A stretch of DNA of 48,403 nucleotides from Candidatus Moraniibacteriota bacterium (GTDB taxonomy: Bacteria; Patescibacteriota; Minisyncoccia; Moranbacterales; UBA1568), in NCBI GenBank assembly GCA_023261695.1, contig JAHFON010000005.1, forward strand, positions 1-48,403. The letters run 5' to 3'. Numbering within the stretch: position 1 is the first letter of the stretch; each line of letters begins with the position of its first letter. Positions 40,236 through 48,403 of this stretch are shown piece by piece. The translations under genes and the position numbers were made by a program. The notes beneath the pieces are model-generated. The model did no database searches, was not told where the DNA came from, and saw nothing but the letters and a program-made list of their open reading frames with translations.

Positions 40236-40997
40236 ATGAATGATCGCCAGAAGCAAATTTTGTCGGCCGTGGTGGAGCTTTACACGAAAACAGCCCTGCC
40301 CGTTGGTTCGCATACGCTCCTTAAGTATTTCGATTTTCCGGTGAGCTCCGCGACATTGCGGAGCGATATGTCGGTGCTTGAAGAAACGGGCTATCTCTAT
40401 CAGCCGCATATTTCCGCCGGACGCATTCCGACTGATGCGGGCTATCGGATGTACGTGGAAAAAATGATGAGTGAGAAACCGCTCTCGCGCCGCGACCAGG
40501 AGCGTTTGCAAAAAGAGCTTCTTGTCCTGCGCGCCAAGCACGTCCGTCTCGTGCGCACGACAGCCAAGTTGTTGTCCGCGCTTTCCGGCAATTTGGCGGT
40601 TTCGGGCATAGTGGACAGGGATGAGTTTTATGATTTCGGAATAAAAGAGCTGATTGAGAAACCGGAATTTCAAGAGATGGACGAGTTGTGCCGCTTAGTG
40701 GAAACACTGGATTCGCTGGATGAAAAATTGGACGGTTTGATGCTAAAATTGAAAGATGGGGAGACACGTATTTTTATCGGCAATGAAAATCCTATCGCCG
40801 GCGCGAGCAACTGTTCTATGGTTGTGGCGCCTTATCGGAATCGGGAAGGCGAGCGCGGCATATTGGCGATTATCGGACCCAAGCGTATGGAGTATGCCAG
40901 AAATAAATCGCTGGTTGAATATATGAAAAAATTGCTAAACACATCGCTGGTTATGGTTTTCGCGGGCAATCTAATTTATTTTATCAAACAAATATGA
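40236..40997 (+). CDS. hrcA: Heat-inducible transcription repressor HrcA (short form)
   Basis: RQKQIL..VVELY, PVGS, SSATLR, QPHISAGRIPT, IIGPKRMEY. Confidence 0.95.
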   Translation: MNDRQKQILSAVVELYTKTALPVGSHTLLKYFDFPVSSATLRSDMSVLEETGYLYQPHISAGRIPTDAGYRMYVEKMMSEKPLSRRDQERLQKELLVLRAKHVRLVRTTAKLLSALSGNLAVSGIVDRDEFYDFGIKELIEKPEFQEMDELCRLVETLDSLDEKLDGLMLKLKDGETRIFIGNENPIAGASNCSMVVAPYRNREGERGILAIIGPKRMEYARNKSLVEYMKKLLNTSLVMVFAGNLIYFIKQI

Positions 40998-41575
40998 CAT
41001 CCCAGAAAAATCAAGAACCGGAAATGGAAAATCAAACACAGGAAGGGCCAGAGTCGCAAGAACCGCAAGAGATTACCGAACAGCCATCAGAATCGGAGAA
41101 AAAAACAGACGAGACGGATAAAGAACTGGCGGAAGAATATTTGAATGATCTGAAGCGCTGTCAGGCGGAATTTGAAAATTACAAGAAACGGCAATCAGCG
41201 ACGCAGAAAGAATTGGGCGGGTATCTGATAGAGAAATTGGTGTTGGATATTATTCCGGTGCTTGATAATTTCCGTTCCGCGACACAACACGTGCCGCCGG
41301 AACAGAAAGATAACGCGTGGGTGGTCGGTATCCAGTATATAGAGAAGCAACTAGAAACCGTACTGACCAACAATGGCGTGCAAATGATAGAAGCGCGGGA
41401 AGGAGAGGATTTTGATCCGAAGATACATGAAGCGGTAAGCACGGAAGCCCGGACCGAAGAGCTCGAATCTGTTGAAGGAAAAAATAATGAACAGCATATT
41501 ATAACAAAAGTCATCCAAAAAGGTTACAAGTTTGGAGACAGGGTAATCAGAGCGGCGAGAGTAATAGTTAAGTAA
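40994..41575 (+). CDS. grpE: Nucleotide exchange factor GrpE
   Basis: QAEFENYKKR, FDPKIHEAV, QKGY...RVIRAARV. Confidence 0.96.
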   Translation: MTSQKNQEPEMENQTQEGPESQEPQEITEQPSESEKKTDETDKELAEEYLNDLKRCQAEFENYKKRQSATQKELGGYLIEKLVLDIIPVLDNFRSATQHVPPEQKDNAWVVGIQYIEKQLETVLTNNGVQMIEAREGEDFDPKIHEAVSTEARTEELESVEGKNNEQHIITKVIQKGYKFGDRVIRAARVIVK

Positions 41576-41606
41576 AAATTTAATTTAAAAATCTAACAAT
41601 AAGCAT

Positions 41607-43559
41607 ATGGCAAAAATTTTGGGCATAGATTTGGGGACGACGAACTCGGCGATGGCGATAATGGAAGGCGGATCGCCGACCATTATTGAAAACAAAGAGG
41701 GTAACCGCACTACGCCTTCTATGGTGGCGATATCCAAAACCGGCGAGCGCCTCGTGGGTTTGCTCGCCAAGCGTCAGGGCGTGACCAATCCGGAGAACAC
41801 GCTGTTTTCAGTAAAGCGTCTCGTGGGACGGCACTTCAACGACGAAGAAGTCCAGCGTGACAAAAAAACTCTGCCGTACAAGATCATTCAGGCCGGCGAG
41901 GGCGTGAAAATTGTGATGGGCGGCAAAGAATATACGCCTCAAGAAATTTCAGCGATGGTGCTCGGCAAACTGAAAGCCGATGCCGAGGAGAAGCTGGGAG
42001 AGAAAATCACCGATGCCGTGATTACGGTGCCGGCTTATTTTGACGACTCGCAACGCAAGGCCACCAAAGAAGCCGGAGAAATCGCCGGTTTCAACGTGCG
42101 CCGCATCATCAACGAGCCGACGGCGGCCGCGCTGGCGTACGGTTTCAACAAAAGAAAAGACGAGAAAATCGCGGTCTATGATTTGGGCGGCGGCACGTTT
42201 GACATTTCTATTTTGGAAGTGGCCGAAGACACCGTGGAGGTCAAATCCACGAACGGCGACACGCATCTGGGGGGCGATGATTTTGACCAGCGCGTCATTC
42301 ATTGGATCATTGACGAATTCAAAAAGCAGGAAGGCATTGATCTGTCCAAAGATCCGCTCGCGCTCCAGCGCATCAAAGAGGCCGCTGAAAAAGCTAAAAT
42401 TGAACTTTCCACTGCCAATGATACCGAAATCAATCAGCCGTTCATTACGTCCGGCGCTGATGGTCCGAAACACTTACTGCTGAAGATGACGCGTGCCAAA
42501 CTGGAAGAATTGGTGCACGATCTGGTAGAAGCGACATTTGGTCCGGTGAAGAAAGCTCTGGCCGATGCCAAACTGGAAACCAAAGATATCAATGAAGTAG
42601 TATTGGTCGGCGGAATGACCCGGATGCCGCTGGTGCTTGCGTCCGTGGAGAAATTTTTTGGCAAAAAACCCAATATCACCGTCAATCCCGATGAGGTAGT
42701 CGCGGCCGGCGCCGCTTTGCAAGGCGGCGTGCTGGAAGGTTCCGTGAAAGACGTTTTATTGTTGGATGTTACTCCGCTCACTTTCGGGATTGAAACATTG
42801 GGCGGCGTGCGCACTTCGCTTATTGAACGCAACACCACGGTGCCGGTGCAGAGATCGCAAGTTTTTTCCACGGCCGCTGATAATCAGCCGTCGGTGGAAA
42901 TTCACGTTTTGCAGGGTGAGCGTGAAATGGCGACGGACAACAAATCTCTCGGGCGGTTCATTCTAGACGGCATCCCGCCATCGCCGCGCGGCATTCCGCA
43001 GGTGGAAGTAACGTTTGATATTGACGCGTCAGGTATTCTGACTGTTACCGCGAAAGACAAGGCCACCGGCAAAACGCAAAACATTCGCATTGAAGCGTCC
43101 ACCGGACTTTCTAAAGATGAGATTGAACGGATGAAAAAAGATGCCGAACTGCACAGCGAAGAAGATAAACGCAAAAAGGAACTGATTGAAGCGCGCAATC
43201 TGGCGGACTCGCTGTCCTACACCACAGAGAAATCTGTTAAAGAAGCCGGTGATAAATTGACCGCTGATGAAAAGAAGCCGGTGGAAGAAGCTATTACCGA
43301 GCTCAACAAAGTGAAGAACGGCGATGATCTGGAAGCTATCAAGAAAGCCACGGAAGTCCTTTCTCAAGCCGCGCAAGCCATAGGCCAGAAGCTCTATGCC
43401 GCCGCTCAAGAAGCCGAAAAAGCCAAGCAGGGTGCCACAGGTGAAACCAAGCCGGAAGGCGAGGGTACCGCTGAAGCGCCAAAAGAGGCTGAAACAGAGT
43501 CCACTCCGGATACGAAAGATAAAGGTGAAGGCGAGGCACCAGCCGAACCGAAAAAGTAG
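41607..43559 (+). CDS. dnaK: Chaperone DnaK
   Basis: [30 protein letters not shown]. Confidence 0.98.
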   Translation: MAKILGIDLGTTNSAMAIMEGGSPTIIENKEGNRTTPSMVAISKTGERLVGLLAKRQGVTNPENTLFSVKRLVGRHFNDEEVQRDKKTLPYKIIQAGEGVKIVMGGKEYTPQEISAMVLGKLKADAEEKLGEKITDAVITVPAYFDDSQRKATKEAGEIAGFNVRRIINEPTAAALAYGFNKRKDEKIAVYDLGGGTFDISILEVAEDTVEVKSTNGDTHLGGDDFDQRVIHWIIDEFKKQEGIDLSKDPLALQRIKEAAEKAKIELSTANDTEINQPFITSGADGPKHLLLKMTRAKLEELVHDLVEATFGPVKKALADAKLETKDINEVVLVGGMTRMPLVLASVEKFFGKKPNITVNPDEVVAAGAALQGGVLEGSVKDVLLLDVTPLTFGIETLGGVRTSLIERNTTVPVQRSQVFSTAADNQPSVEIHVLQGEREMATDNKSLGRFILDGIPPSPRGIPQVEVTFDIDASGILTVTAKDKATGKTQNIRIEASTGLSKDEIERMKKDAELHSEEDKRKKELIEARNLADSLSYTTEKSVKEAGDKLTADEKKPVEEAITELNKVKNGDDLEAIKKATEVLSQAAQAIGQKLYAAAQEAEKAKQGATGETKPEGEGTAEAPKEAETESTPDTKDKGEGEAPAEPKK

Positions 43560-43563
43560 GAGT

Positions 43564-43597
43564 ATTAAGAGCGGAGGGTTATTCCTCCGCTCTTAAT
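43564..43597. terminator. dnaK terminator hairpin
   Basis: ATTAAGAGCGGAGG-N6-CCTCCGCTCTTAAT perfect 14-bp stem. Confidence 0.75.
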
Positions 43598-43630
43598 CTA
43601 ACAAAAATAAGTTATACAAATTAAAGTTGT

Positions 43631-43936
43631 ATGGCACAACAAGAAGATTTTAGGGGACTTAATAAGATTGCGTTGAAGTTGCTTGGGGTTTCAGGTATTA
43701 ATGCCGCTGTTAGTCCCGACTTGCTTTCTGGTATAGTTCAGTATTGGACTGCTCAATCGAATGTCTCGGTTGTTTTCGCTACTGTGTTTGCTACTATAGG
43801 GACGACGTTTCTTACACAATTTGACGGATATGATAGATGGATCTCAATATTTCCATTTATTACATTTTTTTATTTTATGATAAGAACATGGGCATTTGGA
43901 CGATGCGCAAAAATTGCTGTCAGCCTATGGCTGTGA
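43631..43936 (+). CDS. Small membrane hypothetical protein
   Basis: Two hydrophobic segments; no recognised family. Confidence 0.5.
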   Translation: MAQQEDFRGLNKIALKLLGVSGINAAVSPDLLSGIVQYWTAQSNVSVVFATVFATIGTTFLTQFDGYDRWISIFPFITFFYFMIRTWAFGRCAKIAVSLWL

Positions 43937-43965
43937 TGGTCAAATAAACCAAATAACTTTATTAA

Positions 43966-44244
43966 ATGTTTATGGAAAATCAGGAACAAATAGAAGTATC
44001 TGCAGAAATTATGGAACTGAAATATAATAAATCAGCGGTTATTGGATTGGTATTATCAATAATTTCAATCTTTGGTGTTGGGCTTGCTGGGATTGCAGGT
44101 TTTATTTTTGGAATTATTGCGTTGACTCAAATTAAATATACAAATGAAAGAGGGAAGGGAATGGCAATCGCTGCTATTATTATCGGTTTCATTTGGAGTG
44201 TTGTTATTAGTATCGTGCAACGATTAGCTGACGCGGAACTATAA
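43966..44244 (+). CDS. DUF4190-like membrane protein
   Basis: GIIALTQIK...ERGKGMAIAAIIIG motif. Confidence 0.8.
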   Translation: MFMENQEQIEVSAEIMELKYNKSAVIGLVLSIISIFGVGLAGIAGFIFGIIALTQIKYTNERGKGMAIAAIIIGFIWSVVISIVQRLADAEL

Positions 44245-44262
44245 TTCTTATAGCCCCTACGT

Positions 44263-44889
44263 ATGCAAATGAAAATTCAAGCAGAGATACATTTTTATAC
44301 TGAGGATCAAATGTCGGTGTTGCTCGACGTTCCTTCAGAAAAAAGAAGAGAGTTTTATGAAGGATTATTATTTACGTTGTATGTTTTTCGAAATTGGTAT
44401 AATTTGGGCAATCATGCATCAGTTGAAGGATTACTGACTCTGTTGGCAGGAGCAGGAGATGATATAAATAGTTTTATTGATTATTATCAAAAAAATACTA
44501 TCAAAGTAAATGATTATGCTGGGCAAAAAGCGGATAAAGGGTTCGCTGTTATTCTCAATTATGACGATACTGCGAATAAGCCAATTCACTTTGATTTTGA
44601 TACATGGGGATTTGGTTGGCTTGGTACTGGATTAGGATACTACTCCCCAAGGTCGGTAGGTACTCTCTTGCAGTATCTGTTAGAAAAATCATCTCAGAGA
44701 CCACTCTACTTTTTTGGTCCTCGATACTATGAACTACTTTGTTACAGTATCGCAACTACAATCAGTGCTTTTAAACCATCGCCAACTTTATTTAACCGGA
44801 TATCATTGCAAATCGCTTCAGATGCATATGCGTATACTTTCGAGGGAAAAAATAATTCTCAAGAAGAGAATGACCATGTGTCTTTTTGA
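44263..44889 (+). CDS. Hypothetical protein
   Basis: 208 aa ORF in AT-rich accessory cluster. Confidence 0.6.
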   Translation: MQMKIQAEIHFYTEDQMSVLLDVPSEKRREFYEGLLFTLYVFRNWYNLGNHASVEGLLTLLAGAGDDINSFIDYYQKNTIKVNDYAGQKADKGFAVILNYDDTANKPIHFDFDTWGFGWLGTGLGYYSPRSVGTLLQYLLEKSSQRPLYFFGPRYYELLCYSIATTISAFKPSPTLFNRISLQIASDAYAYTFEGKNNSQEENDHVSF

Positions 44890-44961
44890 ATCTGGAAAGC
44901 AAAGAGTATATTAAGAGCAGAGGATCACCCTCGCCGTTCTTTAATTTGTAGATTATAGTAT

Positions 44962-45270
44962 ATGAAATTCATCATCATCTACATTACGCATCCGAATTTA
45001 AAGATTGCCAAGAAAGTGACTGAGGCTTTGTTGAAAGACAGACTGATTGCCTGTGTGAACTATTTTCCTATCGAAAGCGCGTACTGGTGGAAGGGAAAAA
45101 TCGAGAGCGGAAAAGAAATTGTCTCTTTGATGAAAACAAAAAAGGAAAATTGGACAAAGGTGAAAAAAGCGGTGGAAACGATGCATCCGTACGAAACCCC
45201 GTGTATCATGAAACTTGAAGTAAAGTCCAACAAAGCGTACGCCGATTGGATTAAGAAAGAGACAAGATAA
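44962..45270 (+). CDS. cutA: Divalent-cation tolerance protein CutA
   Basis: LIACVN, SAYWWKGKIE, HPYETPCI. Confidence 0.93.
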   Translation: MKFIIIYITHPNLKIAKKVTEALLKDRLIACVNYFPIESAYWWKGKIESGKEIVSLMKTKKENWTKVKKAVETMHPYETPCIMKLEVKSNKAYADWIKKETR

Positions 45271-45301
45271 AAAGACGTAGCGGTAAAATTAAATACTCTT
45301 T

Positions 45302-45832
45302 ATGCAGGAACAGAAGAATCTAGCTTTTATAGACGGCCAGAATCTCTATATGGGTACGGCTAAACGTGAACAGAATCCGTGGCGGATAAATCTGAAGCGT
45401 TTCCGTATATATCTGGAACAGAAATATGGGATAGAGAAGGCGTATTATTTTCTGGGATATGTGCAAGAAGCGAGAGATGGTCTTTATGAGGAAATACAGG
45501 CGGCTGGTTTTGTTTTGATATTCCGCGAGCACAATGTGGCGATGCTCGGGAAAAAGAAAGGGAACGTTGATTCTGACATCATTTTCAATGTTATGAGGCG
45601 TTTGTATAGAGGGGAGAATTTCGGGAAGATTTTCCTTGTTTCTGGTGATGGTGATTATAAGATGTTAGTAGATTTTCTTATCGAAGAGGGGAGGTTCGGC
45701 AAAATGCTATTCCCGAATCGACAGTTCGCCTCCTCATTGTATAAAAAACTGGGTTCCGAATACTTCGATTATCTGGAATCTGTACACGGTAAGATTGGTC
45801 AAAAAAAAGAAAAGGGCTCCTTAGGTAATTAG
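45302..45832 (+). CDS. NYN domain (LabA/DUF88, PIN-like) protein
   Basis: FIDGQNL, KKGNVDSD, LVSGDGDY acidic motifs. Confidence 0.9.
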   Translation: MQEQKNLAFIDGQNLYMGTAKREQNPWRINLKRFRIYLEQKYGIEKAYYFLGYVQEARDGLYEEIQAAGFVLIFREHNVAMLGKKKGNVDSDIIFNVMRRLYRGENFGKIFLVSGDGDYKMLVDFLIEEGRFGKMLFPNRQFASSLYKKLGSEYFDYLESVHGKIGQKKEKGSLGN

Positions 45833-45892
45833 CCGTTTGGATCCCTTTTCGTCTGAATGTTTGTATTATAGCAAAATGAAAGAAGTTGTCAA
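45801..45892 (-). ncRNA. Candidate ~58-nt antisense sRNA with its own promoter and terminator
   Basis: Minus-strand TTGACA (45892-45887), 16 bp, TATAAT (45870-45865) with extended TG; hairpin 45809-45850 followed by U8. Confidence 0.6.
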
Positions 45893-45955
45893 TCGGCTAT
45901 ACCACAAGTAATTTCTTTGAATTCGTATTTTGTCTGAGTTTCTATGTGAATAGGT

Positions 45956-46696
45956 ATGCTGAAATTTTTTCAACAATTTCCGGAAATTACCGCGCTTATG
46001 TCTGAACGGACAGATGGTTCTATGCGGTACTTTGAAGATGGCAGTGAACCGCAAAATGTAGAAAATAGGAAAGTTTTTTTTAGAAAAAACGGTATTGAGA
46101 GTGAGTTGGTAATCGTACCGGATATTGTGCACGGAAATCACGTGATCACAATAGATGCTGAAAGCAAACGGTTCCAAGAAAAGACAGACGCTTTGGTAAC
46201 TTCTGACAAGGGAATATATCTTTCAGTTACGGTGGCTGATTGTCTACCGATTTTATTTTATGATCCGATACGCGGAAATATTGGCATTGCGCACATGGGT
46301 TGGCGAGGCGCGCTAAGCGGTGTGGTTACAGAGACTATGTCAGCTTTGATAAAACTGGGAAGCGATGCCAGAAATGTTTCTGTCGCCATCGGTCCCTGCA
46401 TCCAAAAGTGCCATTTTGAAATCTTAAAAGAAAACGCGCCTCTCTATAAAGAATACGCGGAATTTGTCTATTATGAGCGAGCTGGCTCCACTCAGGCTGT
46501 GTCGGGCCAGGGCGGAAAAGTATATGTAGATCTTCCGAAAATAGCGTCTAAACAATTGGAGCAAGCCGGAATTCCGTCTGAAAATATTAACGCGAGCGAT
46601 GTCTGCACTTTTTGTGAAAAAGAAAAGTGGTTTTCCTATCGCCGAGACAAACCGGAAAAAGTGCAGGCGATGGTAGCGGTCATCGGTATGCGATAA
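45956..46696 (+). CDS. pgeF: YfiH/PgeF family purine nucleoside phosphorylase-like protein
   Basis: VHG, DALVT, VADCLPI, AHMGWRG, IGPCI, FSYRR. Confidence 0.92.
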   Translation: MLKFFQQFPEITALMSERTDGSMRYFEDGSEPQNVENRKVFFRKNGIESELVIVPDIVHGNHVITIDAESKRFQEKTDALVTSDKGIYLSVTVADCLPILFYDPIRGNIGIAHMGWRGALSGVVTETMSALIKLGSDARNVSVAIGPCIQKCHFEILKENAPLYKEYAEFVYYERAGSTQAVSGQGGKVYVDLPKIASKQLEQAGIPSENINASDVCTFCEKEKWFSYRRDKPEKVQAMVAVIGMR

Positions 46697-46712
46697 CGCA
46701 GGGCAGGGTTTA

Positions 46713-47399
46713 TTAGTTTTCTTTTTCATTTATATTTATATTTTCAGTTTCGTCGTGAAAGTCAATGCAATCTTTCTTAAAGAGAGACGCGGCTATGCGG
46801 TAGATGGTGTAAGTGATAAAGAAGGCTGACAAAACATCTATGGAGTAGTGCAGATGTCCCAGTAAAACAACCGCGCCAAAAAATACAGAAGCGAAAATAA
46901 ATAAAATCCTTAGGTAAATATCGTCCCAAAAGAGGAGTGCTAAAAGGAACGGCAAGCCGGTATGAGCGGAAAAGAAATAGTCCTCGCCGTTCACAAGTTT
47001 ACTCAAAATGCTTAAGTTGTCTATTTTCATTTGGGTCGGAAACGGACCCAAATGGGTGGTAGCAATAAAAACTGACCGTATCAGCACAAACAGAGCAATG
47101 GATTTGATGGCGAAGTTTATTTTTTTGGGCCAATGGAGTAAAAGCAGTATAACAAATACCCACATAAATACCGGACCGTAAACAAAGAGGCCATCAACGT
47201 CAAAGACGCGAGTATTACTTAAAACTATATCGGTAACATAATTGCTTGCGACTTCAGTGGCGTAAGTTGTGGCATAGAAATTCACCACTAAAGAAGCGGC
47301 AAAAAGAGCGAGCCCAACCAAAAAAGAATTTACGTAAGCCTTATCGTTAAAATGGTCTGCGTACTTCTTGGACAAGTTTTTGATATATTGCTTAGTCAT
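46713..47399 (-). CDS. PAP2 superfamily membrane enzyme (sphingomyelin-synthase-like motifs)
   Basis: Six TMs, DYFFSAHTG and HLHYSIDV. Confidence 0.75.
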   Translation of the reverse strand: MTKQYIKNLSKKYADHFNDKAYVNSFLVGLALFAASLVVNFYATTYATEVASNYVTDIVLSNTRVFDVDGLFVYGPVFMWVFVILLLLHWPKKINFAIKSIALFVLIRSVFIATTHLGPFPTQMKIDNLSILSKLVNGEDYFFSAHTGLPFLLALLFWDDIYLRILFIFASVFFGAVVLLGHLHYSIDVLSAFFITYTIYRIAASLFKKDCIDFHDETENININEKEN

Positions 47400-48109
47400 T
47401 ATCGGACATCTTTATATTCTTTAGTAAGCGGTTTTTTCAGAAATACTTCGGAGAGAAAATTAGAGATGTATTTGAAAGCCACATTTATTAATCCTTCGTC
47501 CTTAAACCTTCTTCCAGATGTGTACATATAAAGTCCTGTCGTAAATGTTACTTTGCCCACTTTACTTAAACGCCTAGCAATATTGGTATCTTCTCCGTAG
47601 AAACTTATGTTTTCATCAAAGCCTCTTATTTTTTCTAGCGCGCTTCGTTTGGCGGCAAAATTTCCACCTACTGCCATATAACCGGTAATGAGATAAGCGA
47701 TATATGCGAAAAAGTGCCAATAGATCCAAACCATTAATTTGGCAAACGGTGATATATCATAATAAATGTAGCGACCACTGAAGCAAACCAGCTTTGGATT
47801 GTCTTGGAATGCTTTATGGATTTTCTCTACCCATCCGGCCGGCATTTTAGTATCGGCATCAACAAAAGCTACTATTTCTCCGTCGCTTTCTTTAAGACCT
47901 CGCTGTCTGGCTTTAGTGAGTCCTTTTACCGGCTCGTTTACAACTTTTACTCCTGTGAAACTGACTGCTACTTCAGTTGTCTTATCTGTACTTGCGTTAT
48001 TAACAACTATTATTTCTGATAATCCAGCGCCGTTCTGCAAAGCGTTTTTTAGGCAGTTTTTTATATACTTTTCTTCATTGTGAGCGGGTATGATGAGGCT
48101 GATTTTCAT
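47399..48109 (-). CDS. Glycosyltransferase family 2
   Basis: IIPAHNEE, NNASTD, FVDAD, GGNFA, GED. Confidence 0.93.
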   Translation of the reverse strand: MKISLIIPAHNEEKYIKNCLKNALQNGAGLSEIIVVNNASTDKTTEVAVSFTGVKVVNEPVKGLTKARQRGLKESDGEIVAFVDADTKMPAGWVEKIHKAFQDNPKLVCFSGRYIYYDISPFAKLMVWIYWHFFAYIAYLITGYMAVGGNFAAKRSALEKIRGFDENISFYGEDTNIARRLSKVGKVTFTTGLYMYTSGRRFKDEGLINVAFKYISNFLSEVFLKKPLTKEYKDVR

Positions 48110-48110
48110 T

Positions 48111-48403
48111 TTATTTCTTGCTTTCTAGGGCTTTATGGTAGATTTCTTCAAATTGGGCCGTGATTGATTCCGGAGAAAATCCCATAGCTTTTTCGCGTCC
48201 GGTTTTTCCGAATGCCTCCGATATTTTATCATTTCTTGCGAGTTTCAATAGCCGATCCGTGTAGGTTATTCTGTCATTCGGTTCAACTATATAACCCGTT
48301 TGGTTATCAAAAATATATTCCGGCAGACCACCGGCTCGAGCGCCCACTACCGGCAGTTCGCAGGCCATTGATTGGAGCGTAGTCATTGATTGAGTATCTG
48401 ATG
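48111..48403 (-). CDS. Glycosyltransferase family 4, C-terminal fragment (5' end outside window)
   Basis: TLQSMACELPVV...GGLPEYI.....GYIV motif. Confidence 0.85.
   Translation of the reverse strand, partial: SDTQSMTTLQSMACELPVVGARAGGLPEYIFDNQTGYIVEPNDRITYTDRLLKLARNDKISEAFGKTGREKAMGFSPESITAQFEEIYHKALESKK

Overview
Bacterial chromosome segment read in the standard code. Gene content and style (intron-bearing 23S rRNA, short Rel, type IV pilus ATPase, dprA-topA, mostly SD-less core genes) suggest Patescibacteria/CPR, Parcubacteria-like; this is inference. The window holds the 3' part of a 23S rRNA gene interrupted by two group I introns (sites equivalent to L1931 and L2593), 5S rRNA, four tRNAs, and core genes (rpmG, polyprenyl synthase, uppS, ychF, groEL, pilB, rel, topA, dprA, cysS, corA, yidD, hrcA-grpE-dnaK, cutA, pgeF). 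The main finding is a ~10.4 kb serine-integrase element inserted in the first codons of ychF (8-bp core AGTCGGTA at 11008 and 21372). It supplies ychF with a new N-terminus, and its att site lies inside the integrase gene, so the integrated and excised forms encode different integrase C-termini. It also carries a recombinase paralogue lacking the catalytic Ser, a SymE-like gene between inverted repeats, and two ORF-less structured regions. Other observations: integrase-less cassettes bounded by duplicated 3' ends of core genes (tRNA-Thr, ychF, cysS, dnaK); an antisense sRNA unit at the 3' end of a NYN nuclease gene; a shared promoter-hairpin-boxA-like-SD leader on orphan genes; and a strong stem sequestering the 5' splice site of the L2593 intron. 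All calls are by-eye motif recognition; no searches or folding were run.
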